From the NCBI GenBank assembly GCA_964548115.1, contig CAZJPQ010000017.1, forward strand, positions 3,399 to 67,398: a stretch of 64,000 bases of DNA. The letters are read 5' to 3'. Position 1 is the stretch's first letter, and each line of letters opens with the position of its first letter. Below, in pieces: positions 1 to 10,672 of this stretch. Source of the DNA: an uncultured Planctomycetaceae bacterium. Lineage in GTDB: Bacteria > Planctomycetota > UBA8742 > UBA2392 > JABWBM01. A program made the translations under genes and the position numbers. The notes under the pieces were generated by a model that saw only the letters and a list, made by a program, of their open reading frames with translations, searched no databases and was not told the DNA's origin.

Positions 1-109
1 AGTTCGGTAAACAACGCATTTTAATGCTCTTGATAGGCCTTGCATAACTCAAAAAACAAAAAGAGAGCTATTTGAAGTAAGAAGTCTGATAAAAAAGCAT
101 CTCTACCGC

Positions 110-724
110 TTATGATTGCGTTTTTCTTTTGAGTCCCCTAAGATAATTATCTACAAAATCGGAACAAAGCTTTTGAGCATTTTGTGAACGAGTAATCTGA
201 AGCTTATTATGAGATGAAAGCATCGCAATCCCGTGAACCCCTGCCCACAGAATTCGCGAAGCACTCTGAATTTGAGAGCGACTTCCACCACCCATCAATT
301 CAACAAGCCACTCTTCAGCAACGGAAAAAATCTGTTTAAGACGAGCCTGATACCAATCCGGAATCTCAAAATCCAGAGATGCAGAATGTTCAAAAAGCGA
401 ACTCCAAAGTTTTTCACGCTCTACACTAAACTTTATATAAGCCTGGGCAAGGCCCTTAATTTTAGCATCGCTTTGAGCCTTCTTTCTTTTCAAAGCTTGC
501 TGAAGAAACCCCTCCAGTTGCTCTAAAATCCTAGAATTAACATGAAGCATCAGTTCATCAAAATTGACGAACACGTTGTAAAGCGTTCCTGGAGTATATC
601 CCATCTTTGCAGCAAGCTTACGAACACTTAAAGCTTTGTATCCGAGTTTCTCTACAATTGCATAACTCTCTGAAATTGCCAACTCTTTCAGCTCTTCGCG
701 CGTATGATCCTTTCGCCGCCCCAT
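110..724 (-). CDS. TetR/AcrR family transcriptional regulator (WHG-type C-terminal domain)
   Basis: N-terminal HTH 'LSVRKLAAKMGYTPGTLYNVF' and C-terminal 'LWAGVHGIAML'. Start placed at ATG 724 (MGRRKDH); the ORF track opens at 739. Divergent from the 876 gene. Confidence 0.9.
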   Translation of the reverse strand: MGRRKDHTREELKELAISESYAIVEKLGYKALSVRKLAAKMGYTPGTLYNVFVNFDELMLHVNSRILEQLEGFLQQALKRKKAQSDAKIKGLAQAYIKFSVEREKLWSSLFEHSASLDFEIPDWYQARLKQIFSVAEEWLVELMGGGSRSQIQSASRILWAGVHGIAMLSSHNKLQITRSQNAQKLCSDFVDNYLRGLKRKTQS

Positions 725-763
725 ATTGCCCTCTCGCACCCAAACCTCATGACTTCACAAAAA

Positions 764-804
764 TATTAAACACTGTTCATAATTTTATTGAACAGTGTTT
801 AATA
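764..804. promoter_or_regulatory. Putative TetR operator: perfect 16-bp inverted repeat
   Basis: TATTAAACACTGTTCA (764-779) and TGAACAGTGTTTAATA (789-804) lie in the divergent intergenic region. Each arm contains the palindromic core AACAsTGTT. Confidence 0.75.
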
Positions 805-875
805 AATGATAAGTTATAGAATTTCATTTTCAAGATAAATGTTCAATTGAGATTATTATAGGGTTAGAGGTTGCT

Positions 876-3686
876 ATGGAGTTTTTCTTGTTGGTTCTTG
901 TGGTTGGGCTTATGGGCTTTTGGTTTGCCTCTTCAATTCTAGCCTGGGCAAATTATAAAGGCATAAGAAATTTAAAAAAGAAGATTCAAACCCTTGAGCA
1001 GTCTTTATCCTCTCTTAAACCAGGTGCTCAAAACCTTCAAAAGCAAGTTTCGGACCTTAAAGACTCTCTGTCTTCTCTGAAATCAGGGCAAGAAAAGCAC
1101 TTAGAAACACCCCCCTTTTCAGATCAGCAAAACTTTCCGCCTCCCTTGCCTTCTCAACCACATTCTGAGCCTGTTCCTGCTATTTCTCATGCATCTTCAG
1201 CACCTGAAGCACAACCAGCAATAGCCCAGTCCTCTTCGTTTCCTCAACCAAAAACACTTCACTCCCCCCGATCTCGCCAACAACCTCAAGCTGCCCCTAA
1301 AAAACCTGGCCTTCATACACGAAGTGATTTTTTCGAGCGTAACCTCGGAATGAAAATTCCTATTTGGCTGGGAAGCATAGCCTTGGCTTTAGGAGGAATT
1401 TTTCTTGTAAAGTATTCTATTGACCAAAACCTTCTAAGTCCTTCTGTCCGGGTTTTTGTGGGAGGAATTTTTGGAATTCTTCTTTTAGCAGGCTCGCAAC
1501 TCCTCTATAAGTTCTCAACCATTCCAAACAACCATAAGATTGCTCAGGCTTTATCCGGTGCCGGGCTGGTCGTACTTTATGCAAGTGTATTTGTTGCGAC
1601 CTCGTTCTATGAGCTGCTCTCACCATACCAAGGCTTCTTTGGCATGGCAGTTATCACAGGCACAGCTGTTATGCTCTCACTTCAACAAGGAAGAATGGTT
1701 GCAGCTTTGGGCTTTATTGGAGGATTTTTAAGTCCTGTGCTGGCTGGCTTTCACGACTTAACACCACTCACAACCATGGCCTCGATCTTCCTCCTCTTTG
1801 CTGGATCTATGGGGATTTGCGCTAAGCAGGGATGGTGGAAGCTGAGCTCCTTAATACTGACAGGAGCTGGGGTATGGGCTGCCATTTGGCTCGTAACGTA
1901 TTCTCATGAAGATCTTTCTCCCTGGCTAAGTCTCTTTATTTTGGCTTGTCTTACAGTTTTAGGATTTGGCGTACGCTATGGAAAAACATTTGAAAACAAA
2001 GAAAGCAAGAAAAACTCAATACTAGGCCCCTGGCCCGACTCTTTAATATTTATCAGCATTCCTGTTTCATTCCTGCTCTTCGGTTTTGTTCTTCACCAAA
2101 CAAATTTTGGAAACTTCGAATGGGCATGTTCAGGCATTCTCGTGATAGCATCAATGCTTCTGGCTTATAAAGAGATCAAGCTTTATGCTGTCTTTCCAAT
2201 AATAGGAGCACTGGTTTCTGCTTTTCTCTTTGCTTCATGGCAAGAAAACTCATATCACATACTTGGCATCACCATAGCGCTCTTTACTTTGCCTCTTCTT
2301 CTATTCAGCTACGTTTTAAGCTTTAAAGCAAAAGAATACCATATTTACTGGCAACTCCTTTATGGAGGTATAAGCCTGCTCTTTTTCTTTATTGCTTACT
2401 TTAAACTCGACGCTCTTTCCTCGCCCATAGACATCCCTTTCTTTTGGGGTTTTCTCAGTGGATTTTTAACACTCCCCCACGCTTCTCTTTTTTATAAGGT
2501 GTACAAGAAAGAAAAGCTCGAAAGCGTAGAATCTCAACAAAGACTTACGACAGCATGCACTTTCTTTATAATCTTCCTTTTTATAGCACTCACTATTGAG
2601 TTGCAAAAAGAGTTCTTATCCCCAAGCGTCGCCCTTGGAGCTCTTGTCTTAGCCATAATGCAAAAACATTTCAGAATCAAAGCTTTACGTTTTATCTCTG
2701 GTGCACTTTTACTTTTCTTTTTTGGACTAGCTTTTTATCAATTTATCCCCTTCCTGGAAGTCTTCAGCTCTCATCCTCTCCTCTCTCAACTTCCTACCTC
2801 TACACTTCCGGCAATTATTCGCTGGCCCGTTTTTCAACTGGGACTTCCCGCGGCCTTCTTTATTGCAACAAGCATCTATCTTAAATGCGAAGAGAAGGAT
2901 CTCGTTCGTCAAAGCTTTGAAATTTCTTCTGCTCTGTTGATAACTACCATGGGCTATCTTTTAATTCGACATGGTTTCCATGACTTGGATAGCATACTCT
3001 ACCAACGAGCACGTTTTCTTGAACGTACAATCCATACGAACCTCTTTTTACTATCTGGTTTTATTGCAGCTTCTCTTGGAGCTTTCTTGAGTAGAAAATC
3101 CCTCGTATCGGTTGGTATAGGGCTCTGTGCTTTAGCTTTCTTTCGAGTCTTCTTCTTTGATTTGCTGGTATATAACCCCCTGTGGAACCGTCAAAACGTA
3201 GGAGATTTACCCATCTTGAACATATTATTGCCAGCCTATGCACTGCCTGCTGCGTGGCTTAGTGCCTATATTCGTCATCCCTGGAAGTCAGCGCCAAAGC
3301 ATCTTATGAGCGTTGCAAAGGCTATGACTTTATTCTTAAGCTTTGTTTTTATTTCCTTCCAAGTTCGACATTATTACCAGGGAGCCTTTCTTAACGGTTT
3401 TGATATGACGAACGCTGAAATGTATGCTTACTCTGTGACTTGGATCTTTTTTGGCTTTATACTTCTGATTTTAGGCTTGTGGAAAGAGAGCACTTCGCTG
3501 CGATTGGCCTCATTGCTTGTGATGGTGCTAGCGGTAGGAAAGGTCTTTATCTTTGATGCTGCGGAACTTGAGGGACTTTACAGAGTCGCATCCTTCTTAG
3601 GGCTGGGTTTGAGTTTATTAGCTTTGAGCTACCTTTATGACCGCTTTGTATTTAAACGCACAAACTTAGACGCACAAAAACAATAG
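876..3686 (+). CDS. DUF2339-type polytopic membrane protein
   Basis: N-terminal TM, coiled coil and Pro/Gln-rich linker, then 'FERNLGMKIPIWLGSIALALGGIFLVKYSID' and many TM helices; C-terminal 'KVFIFDAAELEGLYRVASFLGLG'. Confidence 0.85.
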   Translation: MEFFLLVLVVGLMGFWFASSILAWANYKGIRNLKKKIQTLEQSLSSLKPGAQNLQKQVSDLKDSLSSLKSGQEKHLETPPFSDQQNFPPPLPSQPHSEPVPAISHASSAPEAQPAIAQSSSFPQPKTLHSPRSRQQPQAAPKKPGLHTRSDFFERNLGMKIPIWLGSIALALGGIFLVKYSIDQNLLSPSVRVFVGGIFGILLLAGSQLLYKFSTIPNNHKIAQALSGAGLVVLYASVFVATSFYELLSPYQGFFGMAVITGTAVMLSLQQGRMVAALGFIGGFLSPVLAGFHDLTPLTTMASIFLLFAGSMGICAKQGWWKLSSLILTGAGVWAAIWLVTYSHEDLSPWLSLFILACLTVLGFGVRYGKTFENKESKKNSILGPWPDSLIFISIPVSFLLFGFVLHQTNFGNFEWACSGILVIASMLLAYKEIKLYAVFPIIGALVSAFLFASWQENSYHILGITIALFTLPLLLFSYVLSFKAKEYHIYWQLLYGGISLLFFFIAYFKLDALSSPIDIPFFWGFLSGFLTLPHASLFYKVYKKEKLESVESQQRLTTACTFFIIFLFIALTIELQKEFLSPSVALGALVLAIMQKHFRIKALRFISGALLLFFFGLAFYQFIPFLEVFSSHPLLSQLPTSTLPAIIRWPVFQLGLPAAFFIATSIYLKCEEKDLVRQSFEISSALLITTMGYLLIRHGFHDLDSILYQRARFLERTIHTNLFLLSGFIAASLGAFLSRKSLVSVGIGLCALAFFRVFFFDLLVYNPLWNRQNVGDLPILNILLPAYALPAAWLSAYIRHPWKSAPKHLMSVAKAMTLFLSFVFISFQVRHYYQGAFLNGFDMTNAEMYAYSVTWIFFGFILLILGLWKESTSLRLASLLVMVLAVGKVFIFDAAELEGLYRVASFLGLGLSLLALSYLYDRFVFKRTNLDAQKQ

Positions 3687-3708
3687 AAGTTCAAAAGAGG
3701 ACACGACT

Positions 3709-6700
3709 ATGTCAAAAGCCCCTCATGACCACGATAAGACCTCAACACGAAAACCTGCTTCTCGTTCTTTCTCAGGCAAACTATCAGGTTTGCTTATTTC
3801 TCAAGCCAGCGGTGCGTTTAATGATAGCGCCTGGAAAATTATCGTAGCACTCATTGGTTCAAAACTTGCTGTTGATTCATTCGGGGCAGGAACAGGTGCT
3901 TCCTTTCAAGCCTCCCAAGAAGCTACAGCTATGGCTTTTCTTGTCCTCACCATTCCTCTACTCATCTTTTCTTTACCTGCTGGCATACTGGCTGACCGCA
4001 TAAGCAAGCGCTCCATTATCATTTCACTTAAGATCGTTGAGCTCTTTTTAATGCTTGGCGCCACTTTTGTTCTTTTCTATTCTCCCAACGATTACTTTTC
4101 AGCACTCCTCATTTTAGGAATAATGGGGATTCAAAGCTCTTTCTTCAGTCCTGCAAAATACGGAATCCTCCCTGAGATACTGACACACGAACAACTCTCA
4201 AAAGGGAATGCCATTTTAGAAGCCTGGAGTTTTCTTGCTATTATCCTTGGAACAGGGGCAGCAGGCTATTTGATTTCGCTTGAAAATCCTGGTCCCTGGT
4301 TTGGTGGACTTATCCTGAGCTTCTTTGCACTTTCAGGTTTGATTGCGGCTTTTAAAATTCCAAAGGTTCAAGCCGCTCGTCTTGAAAAGGATAAGCTATT
4401 GGCTGGCCTCAAAGATGCAAGCAGGGCTTTGCGAAAAGAAAAGCCGCTTTTATTAGCAACTCTTGGTTCAGCAGCTTTCTGGTTTATTGTAACGCTTCTT
4501 GGTCAAAACATCATTGTTTATCTCAAAGCAGAAATTGGAGTTGCAGATAAATTCAGCGGCATTCCATTAGCACTCTTTGGAGCAGGGGTGATTATCGGTT
4601 CACTCTTTGCCGCAAAGGCATCAGCTCAAAAGGTTGAGTATGGACTCATTCCTCTTGGCGCTATCGGTCTCTTTGCAGGCACGCTTTGTTTTGGGCTGAT
4701 ACAACCAGACTTTCATGGCACCTCTGCTTTTATGTTTGGGCTTGGCATTGCAAGCGGCTTTATCATTATTCCTCTTCAAGCAGTACTGCAATGGTTTGCC
4801 CCTGCTCAATGTCGTGGTTCTCTGATTGCACTTGCTAATGGTCTGAGCTTTGCTGGCATGATTATCGCTTCTTTATTTGGAGCTGCGCTTGCAAATATGA
4901 ATTTTGAGCCAAGTCAAATTTTTCTTGCTGCCGCTTGTCTGATTGGAATAGGAACACTCTGGGCCCTTTGGGTGTTGCCAGATGCTTTCATCAGACTTTT
5001 ACTGATAGTTCTGGCCCATAGCCTGTACAAGATTAAAATACTTGGTCGTGAACATATTCCACCTCAGGGAGGAGCACTCTTAGTATCAAACCACCTTTCT
5101 CTAGTTGATGGTTTGTTTTTAATTGCCAGCCTTGACCGACCTATCCGCTTCATCGTAGATCAAAGCTATTACGAAAAACCGCTTTTAAAACCAATCATGA
5201 AGATACTACGGGCAATTCCTGTTTCTTCGGATGGTGGCCCACGGATTATTATGCGAGCCCTTAAAGATGCTGGAAATTTTCTCGATCAGGGGGAAGTGGT
5301 TTGTATTTTTGCGGAAGGTCAAATCAGTCGCACAGGCATGCTTCTTCCCTTTCGACGAGGCTTTGAGCGAATCGTAAAAGGACGAGCTGTTCCGATTATT
5401 CCTGTTTATCTTGATCGTGTGTGGGGAAGTATCTTCAGCCCGGCAGGTGGACGCATGGTGACAAAATTTCCCCGTCGTCTTCCTTACCCTGTAACAGTTC
5501 ATTTTTCAAATCCTCTGAGCTCTGATACTCCAGCGTCTGACGTACGCAAAACCATTCAAGGTCTTTCTCAACAAGCTTGGGAGTTACGCAAAGCTGATTG
5601 CCTGACACTTGGAAGATCTTTTACAAAAACGGCTCGTTCATTGCCTTTTAAATTTGCCATGGCTGATGCTATGCGGGGCAAGTTTTCCTACTTCAAAAGT
5701 TTTACAGGCTCGATTCTTCTTGGCCGAGCGCTCAAAAAGTATTGGAAAGATCAAGAGCGAGTTGGCATTTTGATGCCACCAAGTATCGCAGGCGCACTCG
5801 TCAATATTGCTGCAAACCTTGGAGGGCGAAGTGTAGTGAACCTTAATTACACCATGGGCAAAGCAAGCTTCTCTTCAGCCTTGGAACAAGCGAAACTGAA
5901 AACACTTGTAACCAGTAAAGCCTTCCTGGAAAAAATAGAACTTGAGCTGCCTGACAACATCGAACTTCTTTATCTTGAGGATATAGGTGCGAAAATTACA
6001 ACGAAAGACCGCATTAAGGCCTTGCTCATGGCCTTATTCATGCCAGCTGGTTTTATTCGTCGAAGACTCTCTGGGCTGAAACAACCAGGCCTTGATGACA
6101 CCGCTGCTATCATCTTCAGTAGCGGAAGCACCGGCGATCCCAAAGGAGTTGAACTCAGCCATTATAATATTGTCTCAAACATTGAGATGGCAAGCCAGGC
6201 TTTGCGCTTTGAAAAATCTGATTGCATTCTACACCTACTTCCCTTTTTTCACTCCTTTGGAAACATTATGCTTTGGCTTGCTCTTTACCAGGGTGGCTCA
6301 CTGGCATTTATCCCAAACCCCATGGATACACCCACAATTGGCAAGCTGACCCAGAAGTATCGCGCAACTTTCCTTGCTGCAACCCCAACATTTTTGCAAA
6401 TATACCTTAAGCGCATTCCACCAGGTCAATTCGGATCGTTGCACCATGTTATTTCTGGAGCGGAAAAACTATCAGATCGCTTGGCAGAATCATTTCGAGA
6501 AAACTTTGGAATTGAAATTCGAGAAGGCTATGGCTGTACGGAATGCTCTCCTGTTGTATCCGTCAACACCAACGATTATCGCGCCCCTGGGTTTTTCCAG
6601 AAAGGTTCGCGCCTCGGCACTGTTGGACAGGCCCTTGCTGGAGTATCCGTTAAAATCGTTGACCCTGAAAGCAACGAAGAGCTTCCTTTTAATACACCAG

Positions 6701-7176
6701 GCATGTTGCTTGTGAAGGGACCAAATGTGATGAAGGGTTATCTCGGCCGCCCTGATTTGACCCAGGAAGTTTTACAAGCTGGTTGGTATCGGACAGGTGA
6801 TATCGCTAAAATTGATGAAGATGGTTATATCACCATTACTGATCGACTATCACGTTTCTCTAAAATCGGCGGCGAGATGGTTCCCCATGGAAAAATCGAA
6901 GAAACCCTCCAGCAAATTGTTGTAAGTGATGTACAAGTTTTTGCGGTAACAGCTTTGCCTGATGATAAGAAAGGCGAGCGCATTGTTGTGCTTCATACCC
7001 TGGAAGAGGAGGAAGAGGTTTCAACGCTGCCGGAATCCCTTCGTCAGGCGGGGTTACCAAATTTGTTTATTCCAAGACACGATCATTTTATAAAGGTTGA
7101 AGAACTTCCCGTTTTGGGTACGGGAAAAATTGATCTTCGAGCTTTAAAAACTATTGCTCAGGAACATTTGGGATAG
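3709..7176 (+). CDS. aas: Acyl-[ACP]--phospholipid O-acyltransferase (LplT-like MFS + PlsC + acyl-ACP synthetase fusion)
   Basis: MFS N-terminus ('FFSPAKYGILPE'), PlsC HX4D 'NHLSLVD' and 'FAEGQISRTG', AMP-binding 'FSSGSTGDPKGV', 'EGYGCTE' and 'YRTGD'. Confidence 0.9.
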   Translation: MSKAPHDHDKTSTRKPASRSFSGKLSGLLISQASGAFNDSAWKIIVALIGSKLAVDSFGAGTGASFQASQEATAMAFLVLTIPLLIFSLPAGILADRISKRSIIISLKIVELFLMLGATFVLFYSPNDYFSALLILGIMGIQSSFFSPAKYGILPEILTHEQLSKGNAILEAWSFLAIILGTGAAGYLISLENPGPWFGGLILSFFALSGLIAAFKIPKVQAARLEKDKLLAGLKDASRALRKEKPLLLATLGSAAFWFIVTLLGQNIIVYLKAEIGVADKFSGIPLALFGAGVIIGSLFAAKASAQKVEYGLIPLGAIGLFAGTLCFGLIQPDFHGTSAFMFGLGIASGFIIIPLQAVLQWFAPAQCRGSLIALANGLSFAGMIIASLFGAALANMNFEPSQIFLAAACLIGIGTLWALWVLPDAFIRLLLIVLAHSLYKIKILGREHIPPQGGALLVSNHLSLVDGLFLIASLDRPIRFIVDQSYYEKPLLKPIMKILRAIPVSSDGGPRIIMRALKDAGNFLDQGEVVCIFAEGQISRTGMLLPFRRGFERIVKGRAVPIIPVYLDRVWGSIFSPAGGRMVTKFPRRLPYPVTVHFSNPLSSDTPASDVRKTIQGLSQQAWELRKADCLTLGRSFTKTARSLPFKFAMADAMRGKFSYFKSFTGSILLGRALKKYWKDQERVGILMPPSIAGALVNIAANLGGRSVVNLNYTMGKASFSSALEQAKLKTLVTSKAFLEKIELELPDNIELLYLEDIGAKITTKDRIKALLMALFMPAGFIRRRLSGLKQPGLDDTAAIIFSSGSTGDPKGVELSHYNIVSNIEMASQALRFEKSDCILHLLPFFHSFGNIMLWLALYQGGSLAFIPNPMDTPTIGKLTQKYRATFLAATPTFLQIYLKRIPPGQFGSLHHVISGAEKLSDRLAESFRENFGIEIREGYGCTECSPVVSVNTNDYRAPGFFQKGSRLGTVGQALAGVSVKIVDPESNEELPFNTPGMLLVKGPNVMKGYLGRPDLTQEVLQAGWYRTGDIAKIDEDGYITITDRLSRFSKIGGEMVPHGKIEETLQQIVVSDVQVFAVTALPDDKKGERIVVLHTLEEEEEVSTLPESLRQAGLPNLFIPRHDHFIKVEELPVLGTGKIDLRALKTIAQEHLG

Positions 7177-7251
7177 GTTTCAGAACAAACAATAAATAGA
7201 TTTTCCAGTTTCAATCAGCTAATCCTAATGATGATCATTCTGGTAGTTAGC

Positions 7252-8160
7252 TTAGTCTCTAGGGCGTTTTTGTGAAACATCTTCCAACATTTTTATTATA
7301 TTTTGAGATTCTGGCTGTTGTTTTAAATAAGCAGAGGAAGGTTCTTGAATTACCGCAATCAAAGTTGTTAAAGTTATTTGATCCCTTACATGTGCTGGAA
7401 CTTCGTGCTCACTTTTTCCTAATTCTTTATATGTCTTAAAAATATTCACTTTATGGGAAGAGAGTAAACGGGCATGGCGATTAGCATTGTATTGACGAGC
7501 AAAGAAAGCTACTAGAAAAAGTCCTACTGTTAAAACACTGAATCGAAAGATAATATAGATTGGAACTTTTTCCTTAGGTGTAAGGCTTCTTAATTCAAGT
7601 GGTAGATTTAGCGAATGACCAATGGACAAATAAATAAGAAGAAGGATAATAACCCCAAACAATAGAACAGAAGAAATCACCTCTGAGTGTTTAAGTTCTT
7701 TTGTGTGTTTTTCAAAAGCCGACCCAAATTCTCCCACGTTTAAGGCCACTGAAGCTTTTTCTTTTTCCTCAACGGCTTTTTCTTTTTCTTCAAAAATTTC
7801 TTCATTTTCTATCTTTGTGTCAACAAATTCTTCTGCTGCTTTTGCATGGTACCGAAGATGATGTGATTGTAGAGGATCTCTAAGAGACTTCCACTCGTCA
7901 GAACCTTTATCTACATTAAGAAGGCGTTTCACATGCTCTATAGTTAAACGTATACGCTCATATAAAAAATGGACTATTTCTTTACGATCCTTCTCTATAA
8001 AATTGCTTTTCTCTATTTTTTCGTAAAGGTTTTCATATCTTTCTATATTTTCCTCAACAATACCGTAGTGAAAATTTCCTCTTTCAAGTTTTTCAAATTC
8101 TCTTTTCAGCTCGTTTATCTTCTCTCTTACTTCGCTAACTTCTGCCATACTAAACTCCAC
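7252..8160 (-). CDS. Hypothetical coiled-coil protein with two TM helices
   Basis: 302-aa ORF with a Glu/Lys-rich N-terminal half and two hydrophobic segments. Visibly more AT-rich than its neighbours. Confidence 0.7.
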   Translation of the reverse strand: MEFSMAEVSEVREKINELKREFEKLERGNFHYGIVEENIERYENLYEKIEKSNFIEKDRKEIVHFLYERIRLTIEHVKRLLNVDKGSDEWKSLRDPLQSHHLRYHAKAAEEFVDTKIENEEIFEEKEKAVEEKEKASVALNVGEFGSAFEKHTKELKHSEVISSVLLFGVIILLLIYLSIGHSLNLPLELRSLTPKEKVPIYIIFRFSVLTVGLFLVAFFARQYNANRHARLLSSHKVNIFKTYKELGKSEHEVPAHVRDQITLTTLIAVIQEPSSAYLKQQPESQNIIKMLEDVSQKRPRD

Positions 8161-8334
8161 TTTCAGCTTTCACGAAAACATTACGACTTGCGACAAACAC
8201 CGCGAACCATACTCTACACAACTACTGCTATCATAGCGCTATCATAGCAGCTGAACTTCCTCACGCTACACTTATTTCTAGTTTTCTACGCCACATCTAC
8301 ACAAGAACACACACAAGCGCATAAAGACATATTC

Positions 8335-10170
8335 TCAACCACCCGACTTTTCGCCAGATTGAATACGCCAGAGTTCAGCATAGATGCCATTCTGAGCTAG
8401 GAGTTGCTCATGGGTTCCCTCTTCAGCGATAGCACCCTCTTTTAACACAATGATACGATCCGCATTACGAATCGTAGAAAGCCGATGGGCAATAATCAAA
8501 GCTGTCTTATCTTCTGTAAAACGATCAAGGCTCTCTTGAATTGCCCGCTCTGTCTCCGTATCAACGGAACTGGTAGCTTCGTCGAGCACAAAAACAGGGG
8601 CATCCTTTAAAATCGCACGGGCAAGACTAAGACGCTGGCGCTGTCCTCCCGACAACTTAATACCACGCTCCCCCACCATCGAATCATAGCCATCAGGTAA
8701 GGATCTTATAAAATCGTGGATTTGAGCGAGCTTTGCAGCCGCTGCTACTTCTTTCAAGTCAGCATCATCATTACCATAGGCAATATTTTCAAAGATGGTC
8801 CCGTGAAAGAGATAAACATCCTGACTCACTAAAGCGATATTTTTACGAAGGGTTTGCATACGTAGTTTTGAAAGCTCAATCCCATCAAGGGTGATACTTC
8901 CCGATTCAAGTTCATAAAGCCGTAAGAGCAGTTTAATCAGCGTTGATTTCCCCGCGCCAGTGACCCCCGCAATTCCTAATTTTTGTCCCTTTGGAATTTC
9001 AAAGCTCAAATTCTTAAAAATAGAACCACCGCGGGCATAACGAAAACACACCTCTTTGAACGCTAATGAGCCTTGAGCACGTTCAAGCGAAAGAGGATTT
9101 TCAGGATCGCGAATAGCAGTTGGAGTATCAAGCAAACCGAAGCTTCGACGAGCACTTGCACGTGCTCGCTCAAATTCATTAAGCACATCCCCAAGTCGTG
9201 TCAATGGCCAAAGAATCCGCTGGATCATCATGGAAAAAGTTACAAGGTGCCCAGCCGTAAAATCCTTTGGTCCTTCAGCGTCATTTAAAACCCAATAACT
9301 TCCGAGCAAAAGCACGCCTCCAAAACCAAGGGCTACAGCCATTCGTATCAAGGGGGTATAAAGCGCACTTAACTTAATAGCATGATGATTTGCATTCTTA
9401 TAATGCTCAGATGCCCGGCGCACTCGCTCAAGCTCAAAGTTTTCAGCAGTAAAGCTCTTAATCACAGGAATGCCAGCAATATTATTTTCAAGCCGGCTTG
9501 AAAGTTCACCAACGGCTTGCCGCACCGTTTGATAACGCGGCCCAAGCATACGCTGATAGAGCAAACTTCCCCAAATAATAATGGGAACAGGAGCCAAGCC
9601 TATCAAAGCCAACTGCCAGGAAATATCAAAAAGAATGGCACCAGCGAATAAGAAAAGCACCCCAAGCTGGAGTATCTCATTAAAGCCCGTATTCAAAAAG
9701 CGCTCAAGTTGATTGACATCATCGTTCAGCATTGCCATGGTTTCACCGAGCCGATGCTCCTCAAAAAAAGCGATCTCACGGCTTTGAAGCTGGCCATAGG
9801 CATCGACTCGCAGGTCATTTTGCAGATCCTGAGCAAGATTCATAAAGCCATACTGATACATCCACTGGAAAAGACTTTCTAAAGCAAAGATAGCGACTGC
9901 TAAAAAAGCCAGAAAAGCCGCCATCAGCCAATAGTCCTGGGTTCCAACAATGTTTGCAATCCAGGCAGGAGGCTTACGGCTGATGCAATCGATCACCCAG
10001 CCAACGAGAAGCGGAGGCATTAAATCAAGAACTTTGTTGAGCACGCTGGAAGTGGAAGCAAAAGCAAAACGTCCACGGTAAGGACGCAAATAGCTGAAAA
10101 GCCGCAGCATGGGCTTTTTTGGTTCTTGAATGAGCTGAGCGTAAGACTCCCTACTATGTGACTTGTTCAT
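8335..10170 (-). CDS. ABC transporter permease/ATP-binding protein (MsbA/MdlB-like half transporter)
   Basis: TM domain followed by Walker A 'GVTGAGKST', signature 'LSGGQRQR', Walker B 'VLDEATS' and H-loop 'IAHRLST'. Confidence 0.92.
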   Translation of the reverse strand: MNKSHSRESYAQLIQEPKKPMLRLFSYLRPYRGRFAFASTSSVLNKVLDLMPPLLVGWVIDCISRKPPAWIANIVGTQDYWLMAAFLAFLAVAIFALESLFQWMYQYGFMNLAQDLQNDLRVDAYGQLQSREIAFFEEHRLGETMAMLNDDVNQLERFLNTGFNEILQLGVLFLFAGAILFDISWQLALIGLAPVPIIIWGSLLYQRMLGPRYQTVRQAVGELSSRLENNIAGIPVIKSFTAENFELERVRRASEHYKNANHHAIKLSALYTPLIRMAVALGFGGVLLLGSYWVLNDAEGPKDFTAGHLVTFSMMIQRILWPLTRLGDVLNEFERARASARRSFGLLDTPTAIRDPENPLSLERAQGSLAFKEVCFRYARGGSIFKNLSFEIPKGQKLGIAGVTGAGKSTLIKLLLRLYELESGSITLDGIELSKLRMQTLRKNIALVSQDVYLFHGTIFENIAYGNDDADLKEVAAAAKLAQIHDFIRSLPDGYDSMVGERGIKLSGGQRQRLSLARAILKDAPVFVLDEATSSVDTETERAIQESLDRFTEDKTALIIAHRLSTIRNADRIIVLKEGAIAEEGTHEQLLAQNGIYAELWRIQSGEKSGG

Positions 10171-10614
10171 ATTTTCGATCCCAGGCTATAGAAAAATAAT
10201 CGTAAAGTATAAGCCCGGAAAGAGCAGATACCAGAGAATAACTGGTTAATAAAAAAGAGTCATGACGAGCTGAGAGGGAGATTTCCAGCAAAGTGAAATA
10301 TGGCTTTGGAAAAGTCTTGATAGCGGTTGTTGAAACGAAACTCAGGCTCCTTAAGAGTGACAATACAAATATTGTTTTATGCCTGCTGCGAAACTCCACA
10401 AGTTTTATTTTCGCATGACCAAAAACCTTCAACACGACTCATGCAACTTTTTTTCTTTCACACAATTCGTGACTGTTGTGATTGATTCTTAATGGAGAGC
10501 TTGGACTTTTCATGTCAACTCAACGAACCATGTCCCACAGAATGCAACGATTTGAAAACAAGTCGAGACGCTGCCCTCTGCTACTACCGATATCACTGAA
10601 AATAACTCTAAAAG

Positions 10615-10672
10615 TGCTACGATGTTGTCCCAAACAATGCTACGATGTTGCCATAAAAATGCTACGATGTTG
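10615..10672 (+). repeat. Three direct repeats of TGCTACGATGTTG
   Basis: Exact 13-mers at 10615-10627, 10638-10650 and 10660-10672 (spacing 23 and 22 bp). GCCATAAAAAT also occurs twice. Confidence 0.9.

Noticed and set aside
10615-10672. Possible mini CRISPR array
   Set aside because: The repeats are 13 bp with 9-10-bp spacers, far below CRISPR dimensions, and there are no cas genes in the window.
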